Positions 56,648 to 64,000 of a stretch of 64,000 nt of DNA are shown here, one piece after another. The translations under genes were made by a program, and so were the position numbers. The notes beneath the pieces were generated by a model. That model searched no databases. It saw nothing but the letters and a program-made list of their open reading frames with translations, and was not told where the DNA came from. Numbering within the stretch: the first letter of the stretch is position 1; the number at the start of each line of letters is the position of its first letter. Origin of the DNA: Planctomycetota bacterium (lineage in GTDB: Bacteria > Planctomycetota > UBA11346); NCBI GenBank assembly GCA_038213805.1, contig JBBQSO010000013.1:16980-80979 (forward strand). Direction: 5' to 3'.

Positions 56648-57313
56648 CTACCCCTTCCGCCCATCCGTCCGCGTCGCCCGCTGCTCGCGCCGCCAGCGCG
56701 CGATCGCCTCGTGGTCGCCGGAGAGCAGGGCTGCGGGCACCTCGAGGTCGCGGAACTCGCGCGGCCGGGTGTAGCAGGGATGATCGAGGTCGCCGGCGCC
56801 AGCGAAGCTGTCGCTCAGCGCGCTTTCCTCGTTGCCGAGCGCACCCGGCTGCAGGCGGGTGACCGCGTCGACCAGGATCAGCGCGGCGAGTTCGCCGCCG
56901 GAGATCACCAGGTCGCCGATCGAGAAGGGCTCGGGGCGGTAAAGCTCGACGATGCGCTCGTCGATGCCCTCGTAGTGGCCGCACAGCACGATCAAATGCT
57001 GCTCCTGGGCGAGACTGGCGATGCGGCCCTGGTCGAGGCGGCGGCCCTGCGGCGAGGTCAGCAGCACGCGCGGCGCCGCGCTCTGCGCCATCAGGTGGTC
57101 GAGCGCCCCGGCGAGCGGCGGCGCCATCATCACCATGCCCGGCCCACCGCCGAACGGCCGGTCGTCGACCTTGCGATGCCGCCCGCCTGCCCAGCCGCGC
57201 GGATCGACCGCCTCGACCGCGATCAGTCCGCGCCGCCGCGCCCGCCCGACAATGCTGGCATCGAGGTAGCCGCGGCAGACATCGGGGAAGAGCGTGACCA
57301 GATCGATGCGCAT
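56648..57313 (-). CDS. trmD: tRNA (guanine37-N1)-methyltransferase
   Basis: [46 protein letters not shown]. Confidence 0.96.
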   Translation of the reverse strand: MRIDLVTLFPDVCRGYLDASIVGRARRRGLIAVEAVDPRGWAGGRHRKVDDRPFGGGPGMVMMAPPLAGALDHLMAQSAAPRVLLTSPQGRRLDQGRIASLAQEQHLIVLCGHYEGIDERIVELYRPEPFSIGDLVISGGELAALILVDAVTRLQPGALGNEESALSDSFAGAGDLDHPCYTRPREFRDLEVPAALLSGDHEAIARWRREQRATRTDGRKG

Positions 57314-57580
57314 GGAGGGACCGGGAGGATGGTGGGGGAAGGCAAGTATGGAGAGGTGCGAGGGGCGCGTGATGGTTTACGGCACGGTGAAGGGACTAGG
57401 AAAACGTGCGATCATCACCCACCCGACTGTACCCCGTCCCCGAGCGGAAACGCAAGGGCTCGCGTGGTGCCCGAGCGCTGTGGACAGCCTGTCTGGCAGG
57501 TCACCAACCGCCACCGCCAGGGCGCTGCCGGTCTCACGTCGCGCGTCCCTTCACCATCTTGTTGGCCCATGCCCTCACCC

Positions 57581-57973
57581 TCACCAATCCTCCACCCTGG
57601 TCTTTGTTGCGAAATACACCTCGCCGACGCCCGCATGGCGCAGTGCGTCTACAACCTCGACGACCCGGCCGTGGCGCGCCTGGGTGTCGGCGAGCACGGT
57701 GGCGCGGGTGGCGCCGCCGACCAAGGCGGCGAGATCCTTGAGCTGGAGCGGGCGGCCGCGGCAGGTGAGGGCGCCGCCGGCGTCGATGACCACCTCCAGG
57801 GGTGCCGCTGCGGCCGCATCGGCGGTGCCGGCGGCGGGCAGCGCCACCGGCAGGGTGCGCATCTCAATGGTCTGACTGGTGAGCACGAAGAACACCACCA
57901 GCACCAGCGCGATGTCGACCAGCGAGGTGAAGTCGAGGGTGCCGGGCTGGCGGGAGTGGCGGCGGCGCAGCAT
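57581..57973 (-). CDS. exbD: ExbD/TolR-family protein
   Basis: TSLVDIALVLVVFF, VALP, AD...HGRVVEVVD.LR.AG. Confidence 0.88.
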   Translation of the reverse strand: MLRRRHSRQPGTLDFTSLVDIALVLVVFFVLTSQTIEMRTLPVALPAAGTADAAAAAPLEVVIDAGGALTCRGRPLQLKDLAALVGGATRATVLADTQARHGRVVEVVDALRHAGVGEVYFATKTRVEDW

Positions 57974-58623
57974 CACCCCGCCGCCGGGCGCAGCGCGCCG
58001 ATGAAAGCCGGCAGGTCGGCGGCGCCATTCTCGAGCTCGTCGATGAGGCGGTTGCTGACCCCGGACAGCAGGCTGTACGCGACGTAGGAGGTGATCGCCA
58101 CGACCAGACCCGCGACGGTGGCGCCCAAGGCCTGGCCGATGCCGGCCGCTACCGCGCCCGTGGCGAGCGCTGCCGCCGGGCTGGTGGGAGCGGTGGCGCT
58201 GCCGCCGACGTTCTGGAAGACCTCCATCAGGCCGACCACGGTCCCCATCAGGCCGAGCCACGGCGCGACCTGGGCTGCGATCTGGATCACGCCCAGGCCG
58301 CGCTCGATCCCCGCGACCTCGCGCTGGGCGCAGGCGCGCGCGGCGAGGTGCATGGTCTCCGGCCCGCGCTCCTGGGCGAGCAGGCCGGCGCGCAGTACCC
58401 GGGACATGGCGTCATCGCCGGACATCCCGGCCAGGGCCTGCGCCGGGCCGGCGCGCAGCAGCGCCTCGTTGCACGCGTCGCGTACCGCGGCGAAGCGCCG
58501 GCGCAGCGGCAGCAGGCGCCAGGCGCGCTCGATGGCGATGGTCAACGCCGCGAGCGAGACCAGGGCGATGAGCGCGACGGTCAGGCCGCCATGCTCGATG
58601 ATGTGTCGCAGGACGGCGATCAT
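57973..58623 (-). CDS. exbB: MotA/TolQ/ExbB proton-channel protein
   Basis: APWLGLMGTVVGLM, GIGQALGATVAGLVVAI. Confidence 0.88.
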   Translation of the reverse strand: MIAVLRHIIEHGGLTVALIALVSLAALTIAIERAWRLLPLRRRFAAVRDACNEALLRAGPAQALAGMSGDDAMSRVLRAGLLAQERGPETMHLAARACAQREVAGIERGLGVIQIAAQVAPWLGLMGTVVGLMEVFQNVGGSATAPTSPAAALATGAVAAGIGQALGATVAGLVVAITSYVAYSLLSGVSNRLIDELENGAADLPAFIGALRPAAG

Positions 58624-58860
58624 GGCCACGGGCTCCGGACAGGGTGCTGGGGATGCCGGCTCGGCGGCGTGCCGGCCCGGCGTCCTCTGCGGCAGCGTTG
58701 GGCGGAACCAGGAAATGCTCCACATTTTCCGCGCGGCGGCCAGGCGCCGGGCCGAAGCGTCGGGTACGCCGGCACCCGCCTGTCCAGGACCAGATCCGGG
58801 CGGGACAGGGCCGGGGACGCGTGCGATTGATTCCGGCGGCGCGATGGTCTAGAGTCGGGC

Positions 58861-59343
58861 ATGGTCGAAAGCGCGTCCTCGTCAGGCATCATCACGGCCG
58901 AACTGGTGCCGGTGCTGGTGGGCACCGCCGGACTGGTCGACGGCGAGTGCTTCCTGCTCGACAAGGGCATCGATGTGATCATCGGGCGCAGCCGCTCCTG
59001 CGACATCAGTCTGCGGCGCACCACCGCGTACCTCAAGACCCCAGCCCTGGCGCGCGACGGCGACCACGACTTCAACACCGTCAGTCGCCGCCATCTGCGC
59101 ATCCAGGTCACCGGCACCATCGCCGCGATCAACGACCTCTCGACCAACGGCACCTTCTTCAATGGCGAGCCGATGCGCGAACCCCAGCGCGTCGATCTCA
59201 GCCTCGGCAGCTGCAACCTGCGCCTGGGCACGCGCGAGTGCTTCCAGCTCGCCCTGCTGCCCAAGGATGACCCGCGGGTCCGCGACCTGCAGCCGGTCAG
59301 CAGCATGGCCAAAGAAGCAGAGACCGACCCGCGCGAGCTCTGA
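58861..59343 (+). CDS. FHA-domain protein
   Basis: IIGRS, VSRRH, DLSTNGT. Confidence 0.88.
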   Translation: MVESASSSGIITAELVPVLVGTAGLVDGECFLLDKGIDVIIGRSRSCDISLRRTTAYLKTPALARDGDHDFNTVSRRHLRIQVTGTIAAINDLSTNGTFFNGEPMREPQRVDLSLGSCNLRLGTRECFQLALLPKDDPRVRDLQPVSSMAKEAETDPREL

Positions 59344-59375
59344 TCCGGCAGCGGCCCGCAGGCTGCCGCCAGCGA

Positions 59376-59392
59376 TTGGCCCGGCGTGTGCG
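59376..59392 (+). promoter_or_regulatory. Sigma54 promoter for fliK
   Basis: TTGGCCCGGCGTGTGCG with exact GG-N10-GC spacing. Confidence 0.65.
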
Positions 59393-59417
59393 TTCCTCCC
59401 CAGTACGGAGGACCGTC

Positions 59418-60983
59418 ATGCAATCGGCCACCTTGCCTGAGATCATCGCCCCGCGCCCCCCTGAGCCCGCCCGTAGCGGTGCCCGCGCCGACGCGTCCGA
59501 GAGCCCATTCTCCACCACGTTGGAGCAGGTGCACCACGACCAGGCGCGCACCGCCAAGCCCGCCCAGGACGATCCCGCCAGGCCATCAGACCAGGCGTCG
59601 AAGCCGGACCGCGGTACGCCTGAAGATGCTCCGGACACCGCGAAAACCGGCTCCCCAGCCGCCACGGGCGACAAGCTGGCACCGGCCAGACCAGGCAAGG
59701 ACGACAGCACCGATCAGGCACCCGCCGATCCCACCGTGCCGGTCATCCTGCCGATTGATCCCGCCCTGCCAGCGATCCCGGTGGAGGTCGCAGTGGTTGT
59801 GGCGGCAAATCCCCAGCCCCTCCCACAAGTCCTTCCGGATGCCGTGGACCTTGGCAATGCGCTGCCCGTGACCACCCAGGGGCAGGGGCAGGGGCAGGGG
59901 CAGGTCCCGCTCCCTCTGCTGACACCCGACCAAGCGCCATCATTGGCATCCACGACCACAAGCCTCACCATCGGGCTGCCGCCCGCGGCGTCCCAGGCGG
60001 CGCTCGCCGCGCAGTTGGCGACCCTAGCTAAGGCCGGCAAGGACCGCGGTCCCGCCACCCCGGTGGCCACGGAGGCCAGCGCCGCCACCACTCCGGGAAC
60101 AAGTGCCACCGCGCCAGCGGATGCCAGCCTGCTCGCAACGCTTGCTGTCACAGCCGGCACCAACGCGCCGGTCAAGGATGCCAAGGACGACAAGGCCGCG
60201 ACGGTGACGGACGCAAGCAGCGTCGATGGGGGCGCAGCGGCGGCGACCGCCGCCATCCCCCTCCCCACCCCGGTGGTGAACGCGGCAAGTGCGCCGGCGG
60301 CCCGGATCCAGGCCTCGGCGATCACGCTGGGAGACAAGGCCAGGAAGGCCGCACCCGACAGCGGCACGAAAACCAGCGAACCCGCGGCCGCCAAAAGCGG
60401 CAGTGCCTTCGACAGCCTGATCCAGCAGCAGGGCGCCACCACCACGCCGGCTGCGCCCACTGCGCCGGTGCAGCGTCCGCTCTCCGAGACCATCGCTGCG
60501 CAGGACGCGCTCGCGGCCGCCGGCAACGCCGCCGAGAAGGCGGTCTCACAGCAGGTCGGCAAAGCGCTGGTGCAGACCCTGCCCGGCGGCGACAAGATGA
60601 TGGTGCTGCGCCTGACGCCGCCCGAGCTCGGCACGGTGCGCATCGAGGTGGTCGAACACCAGGGCGTGCTGAGCGCCCGTCTGCACGCCGAGGACGATGG
60701 CGTGCGCGTGGCGCTCGAACGATTCCTGCCGCAGATGCAGCGCGATTTGCGCGCGCAGGACGCGCCCATCCAAGAGATCACACTCTCGGATCAGACGCAG
60801 TTCGACCGTTCCTTCGCCGACACCTCGCGCCAGCCGCGTGACCAGGACAGCGGTGCGCGCAGCGGCCGCGACGATGGTCCGGCCTTCACGGTCGATGGTG
60901 CAGCGCGCAGCGACGAGCCGAACGGCGTGACGCGCAGTCTCGGCGGGCGCAGCAACGCGCGCGGGGTCGATGCATTCGCGTGA
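59418..60983 (+). CDS. fliK: Flagellar hook-length control protein
   Basis: GGAGG RBS; long A/P/T-rich region; C-terminal LRLTPPELGTVRIEV. Confidence 0.9.
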   Translation: MQSATLPEIIAPRPPEPARSGARADASESPFSTTLEQVHHDQARTAKPAQDDPARPSDQASKPDRGTPEDAPDTAKTGSPAATGDKLAPARPGKDDSTDQAPADPTVPVILPIDPALPAIPVEVAVVVAANPQPLPQVLPDAVDLGNALPVTTQGQGQGQGQVPLPLLTPDQAPSLASTTTSLTIGLPPAASQAALAAQLATLAKAGKDRGPATPVATEASAATTPGTSATAPADASLLATLAVTAGTNAPVKDAKDDKAATVTDASSVDGGAAAATAAIPLPTPVVNAASAPAARIQASAITLGDKARKAAPDSGTKTSEPAAAKSGSAFDSLIQQQGATTTPAAPTAPVQRPLSETIAAQDALAAAGNAAEKAVSQQVGKALVQTLPGGDKMMVLRLTPPELGTVRIEVVEHQGVLSARLHAEDDGVRVALERFLPQMQRDLRAQDAPIQEITLSDQTQFDRSFADTSRQPRDQDSGARSGRDDGPAFTVDGAARSDEPNGVTRSLGGRSNARGVDAFA

Positions 60984-61002
60984 GGCGGCGCTTTTGCGCC
61001 GC

Positions 61003-61162
61003 AGACCCTAGACCCTAGACCCTAGACCCTAGACCCTAGACCCTAGACCCTAGGTAGGCTGACCTACGCTGCGTCCTCGTTATATGCCGAGATTTCCCGT
61101 GGATTCTCCATTTCTGCACACCGCGGCGACCTGCCTTCACTAGGGTCTAGGGTCTAGGGTCT
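61003..61162. repeat. Inverted heptamer pair (AGACCCT)7 ... (AGGGTCT)3
   Basis: Arms 61003-61051 and 61142-61162; preceded by a GCGGCGC-TTTT-GCGCCGC hairpin at 60985-61002. Confidence 0.95.
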
Positions 61163-61177
61163 TCAATCAAAAAAAAA

Positions 61178-61194
61178 TTGGCACGGAATCAGCG
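61178..61194 (+). promoter_or_regulatory. Sigma54 promoter for flgE
   Basis: TTGGCACGGAATCAGCG with GG-N10-GC spacing, preceded by an A-tract. Confidence 0.75.
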
Positions 61195-61260
61195 TTACAG
61201 CTTCGACGAACCCACCCCCGCGGCCAACGCCGCCCCGCCGCGCCCCCAGGAGTCACCGCC

Positions 61261-63867
61261 ATGGCCTTGCTGCAAGCTCTCACGACCGGCGTCACCGGCA
61301 TGATCAACCACCAGTTGATCCTCGACACCACGGCCAACAACTTGGCCAACGTCAACACCCCTGGATTCAAGTCCAGCCGCGTCGACTTCGCGACCTCGCT
61401 GAACCAGACCAACTTCGGTGGCTCGGCCCCGACCAGCATCGACGGCGGCCGCAATCCCGAGCAGCTCGGCCTAGGTGTGACCACCGGCGCGGTCGACGTC
61501 GATTTCAGCCAGGGCTCGTTGCAGTCGACCGGACGCAACTTCGACCTCGCCATCTCCGGAAGAGGCTTCTTCCAGATGGCGCGCGTCGACTCGACCGGCA
61601 ACGCCACCGAGTCATTCTTCAGCCGCGTTGGCAATCTCACCTTCGACAAGGACAACAACCTGGTCGACCAGAGCACCGGCCTGAAGGTGCTGGGCAAGCA
61701 GACCGACCCGGCCGGAACCACGCTCGGCAACCTCATCCCGATCAACACCACCGACAACCAGTCGCTCGACGCGGTGCAGACCAAGGTGGTGAATTTCCAG
61801 GGCAATCTCAGCTCCGCGGCCGGCGCCCTGCAGGGCCCGTCGCTGACCACCGCCTTTCCGCTGCTCGCGGTCGATCCGAACAACAACTCGTCGGTCGCGA
61901 ACGAGAACACCGTGCTCAGCCAGACCCAGGCTTTCAATCTCAACAGCGGACTGACCCCGTTCACCATCCCAGCGAGCCCCGACCGCACGATCTACGTGGT
62001 CGGCACCAAGCCCAACGGCGATTCGTATGCCGGTCAGTTCGACATCAACCCCTGGACCAACACCGTCCAGGACCTGATGAACAGCATCAACACCGTGTTC
62101 AGCCAGGGCAACAACGTCTTCGGACAGGTGACGCTGAGCAACGGCGTGATGACTGCCGCGGGCATCGGTGACGGCAAGGGCTTCTCGCTGTTCCTGGGCG
62201 AACGCAATCCCATCCAGGGCACCGCCAACCTGCCCGCGGTCGGCGCCACGCCGGCAGGGGCGAACGGCGGACCCACCAGCACCGTCAACGCGACCACCAC
62301 GCAATTCGCCAGTTTCACCTCGACGGTGGCCGACGCGGGCGCCTACGATCCGACCTTCACCATCAATGGCACGGTGACGACCAGCAGCCCGATCACCATC
62401 AAGGTCAAGGTCGGTGGCGTCGCCGTGCAGTCGCTGACCTTGCAGCCCGCCACTTACAACAACGGGCAGACCTTCCAGCTGCCCAGCTTCCCCAACGTCA
62501 AGCCGAACGACGCGGTGACCTATGAGGTGGTGGGGCCGGCGATCGGCAACAACCTGACCTTCGACTTCGCCACGGTCTCGCACGGGCTCGACGATGCGAC
62601 GGGCGTCAGCTATTCGGGCGTGGGCGTCGCGCGCACCATCGGCAGCCACACCGTCCAGGCCGGAGAGGCCGGGCTCCTCCAGCCGACCTTCACCATCCCC
62701 GCCGACACCTACGGCGGCGCGAACGGCACCTTGCGCGTGGCGGTGAAGATCAACGGCGTCGAGGTCGGTACCATCACGCCTACCGGTGTGCTCGCCGCGC
62801 CGACCGCGTTCAGCCTCAGCAGCTACCCGCACGTCAAGGTCGGCGATGTCGTCAGCTACGAAGTTTCGGGCAACAAGGCGACCGCCGCACCGATCACCAC
62901 CGCCACCCAGATCGTCGCCGACAACAACAGCAGCAACCTCACCTCCGACACCGACGCCGACGGCATTCCGGACATGTTCCAGAGCGGCAGCTCGACCGAC
63001 ATCAACGCCTGGCAGTATGAGAAGGCCTCGAACGCGACCATGGACTGGTACCGCATCCGCTTCTCGCCGGCCTGGGTGACGAGTTCGATCCCGGTGTTCG
63101 ACAAGAACGGTGGCAGCCACATCCTGCAGGCCGCCTTCCTGCGCACCGGCACGGAATCGACCACCCAGAACGGCCTGACCTCGGTGACCAACGACTGGGA
63201 CATGCTGCTCAACGTCAAGCCCGAGGACGGGCAGATGGTCGACGACCTGGTGGCGGGCGTGAAGTTCGACGACAAGGGCCGGTTCAAGGGCGCCGCCAAC
63301 CTCGGCTCGACCGCGCACGGCACGGCGATCTCCGACTCCAACATCTACGTCGGCACCCCGATCGACAACTCGATCCGGGTCAACTGGCGCACCACGGGCA
63401 CCTCGGTCATGAACATGGACCTGGGCACGGCCAACAGCACCAACGGCCTGACCGGCTTCGGCACCGGCTCGACCGCGGCCGCGATCAACCAGGACGGCAA
63501 CGCCAACGGCGCGCTGGCCTCGCTGTCGGTCAGCCCGAACGGCAACATCATCGGCCTGTATTCGAACGGCAAGAGCGTGCCGCTCTACCAGGTCCAGGTC
63601 GCCACCTTCGCCAATCCGGGCGGTCTGACCAACTCGGGCAACAACCTCTGGCAGGTGTCATCGAACTCGGGCGACCCCATCGTCCGCCAGCCCGGCACCG
63701 CCGGGTCGGGCGCGATCACCGCCGGCGCCCTTGAGGGTAGCAATGTCGACATCGCCAGCGAGTTCACCCGACTGATCACCGCCCAGCGCGGCTTCCAGGT
63801 CAACGCCCGCGTCATCCAGACCGCGGATAGCATCCTGCAGGAGCTGGCGGGGCTGATTCATGGCTGA
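61261..63867 (+). CDS. flgE: Flagellar hook protein, unusually long (868 aa)
   Basis: ANNLANVNTPGFK, DLAISGRGFF, ALEGSNVD, LITAQRGFQVNAR. Confidence 0.93.
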   Translation: MALLQALTTGVTGMINHQLILDTTANNLANVNTPGFKSSRVDFATSLNQTNFGGSAPTSIDGGRNPEQLGLGVTTGAVDVDFSQGSLQSTGRNFDLAISGRGFFQMARVDSTGNATESFFSRVGNLTFDKDNNLVDQSTGLKVLGKQTDPAGTTLGNLIPINTTDNQSLDAVQTKVVNFQGNLSSAAGALQGPSLTTAFPLLAVDPNNNSSVANENTVLSQTQAFNLNSGLTPFTIPASPDRTIYVVGTKPNGDSYAGQFDINPWTNTVQDLMNSINTVFSQGNNVFGQVTLSNGVMTAAGIGDGKGFSLFLGERNPIQGTANLPAVGATPAGANGGPTSTVNATTTQFASFTSTVADAGAYDPTFTINGTVTTSSPITIKVKVGGVAVQSLTLQPATYNNGQTFQLPSFPNVKPNDAVTYEVVGPAIGNNLTFDFATVSHGLDDATGVSYSGVGVARTIGSHTVQAGEAGLLQPTFTIPADTYGGANGTLRVAVKINGVEVGTITPTGVLAAPTAFSLSSYPHVKVGDVVSYEVSGNKATAAPITTATQIVADNNSSNLTSDTDADGIPDMFQSGSSTDINAWQYEKASNATMDWYRIRFSPAWVTSSIPVFDKNGGSHILQAAFLRTGTESTTQNGLTSVTNDWDMLLNVKPEDGQMVDDLVAGVKFDDKGRFKGAANLGSTAHGTAISDSNIYVGTPIDNSIRVNWRTTGTSVMNMDLGTANSTNGLTGFGTGSTAAAINQDGNANGALASLSVSPNGNIIGLYSNGKSVPLYQVQVATFANPGGLTNSGNNLWQVSSNSGDPIVRQPGTAGSGAITAGALEGSNVDIASEFTRLITAQRGFQVNARVIQTADSILQELAGLIHG

Positions 63868-63916
63868 TGGCTGATGGCTGATGGCTGATGGCTGATGGCT
63901 GATGGCTGATGGCTGA
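63860..63916 (+). repeat. (ATGGCTG)8 array starting within the flgE 3' end
   Basis: Eight perfect units; the flgE TGA (63865-63867) lies at the first unit junction. Confidence 0.95.
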
Positions 63917-63963
63917 CTTGAAACACTGACACCGGCGCTTCGCGCCGGTGTCAGTGTTTCAAG
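63917..63963. repeat. Perfect 22-bp hairpin
   Basis: CTTGAAACACTGACACCGGCGC-TTC-GCGCCGGTGTCAGTGTTTCAAG. Confidence 0.92.
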
Positions 63964-64000
63964 CTACCTGCCTGTTGCGCTCAGAATTCATGAATGGTAC

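Noticed and set aside
57314..57580. Riboswitch upstream of trmD
   Set aside because: Hairpins are present but I cannot match a known riboswitch consensus
59878..59903. (CAGGGG)n hexamer in fliK as part of the repeat system
   Set aside because: In-frame GQ coding repeat in a disordered region, with no inverted partner
61003..61162. TAGGGTC repeats as telomere or eukaryotic contamination
   Set aside because: Internal, between two bacterial flagellar genes, and with the same architecture as the other arrays

Overview
High-GC bacterial chromosome segment, probably Planctomycetota/PVC (inferred from a PSCyt1-DUF1549/DUF1553 + DUF1501 pair, an ECF/FecR pair and membrane Ser/Thr kinases). About 46 genes and one tRNA-Phe(GAA). 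Housekeeping genes (dus, fur, mdh, sucAB-lpdA, bioF, pdxJ, dapA, pgsA-like, aspS, trmD, fliK, flgE) alternate with accessory genes. No CRISPR array, prophage, integrase or transposase is visible. Main observations: (1) intergenic 7- and 8-bp tandem micro-repeats of four unit families, usually as inverted pairs around a unique spacer, with variant units mirrored between arms; (2) a tandemly duplicated operon of an unknown exported protein plus a receptor-like Ser/Thr kinase; (3) remodelled enzymes: a stand-alone FAS-I-type ketoreductase, a HisG-like protein with a large insertion, a VapC lacking most catalytic acids, and a domain-permuted DsbD; (4) a CGTTAC-N16-GCCAC motif shared by the ECF sigma gene and its likely target; (5) sigma54 promoters before fliK and an 868-aa flgE, with no flgD between them. 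All calls come from reading motifs by eye; no database searches were run.
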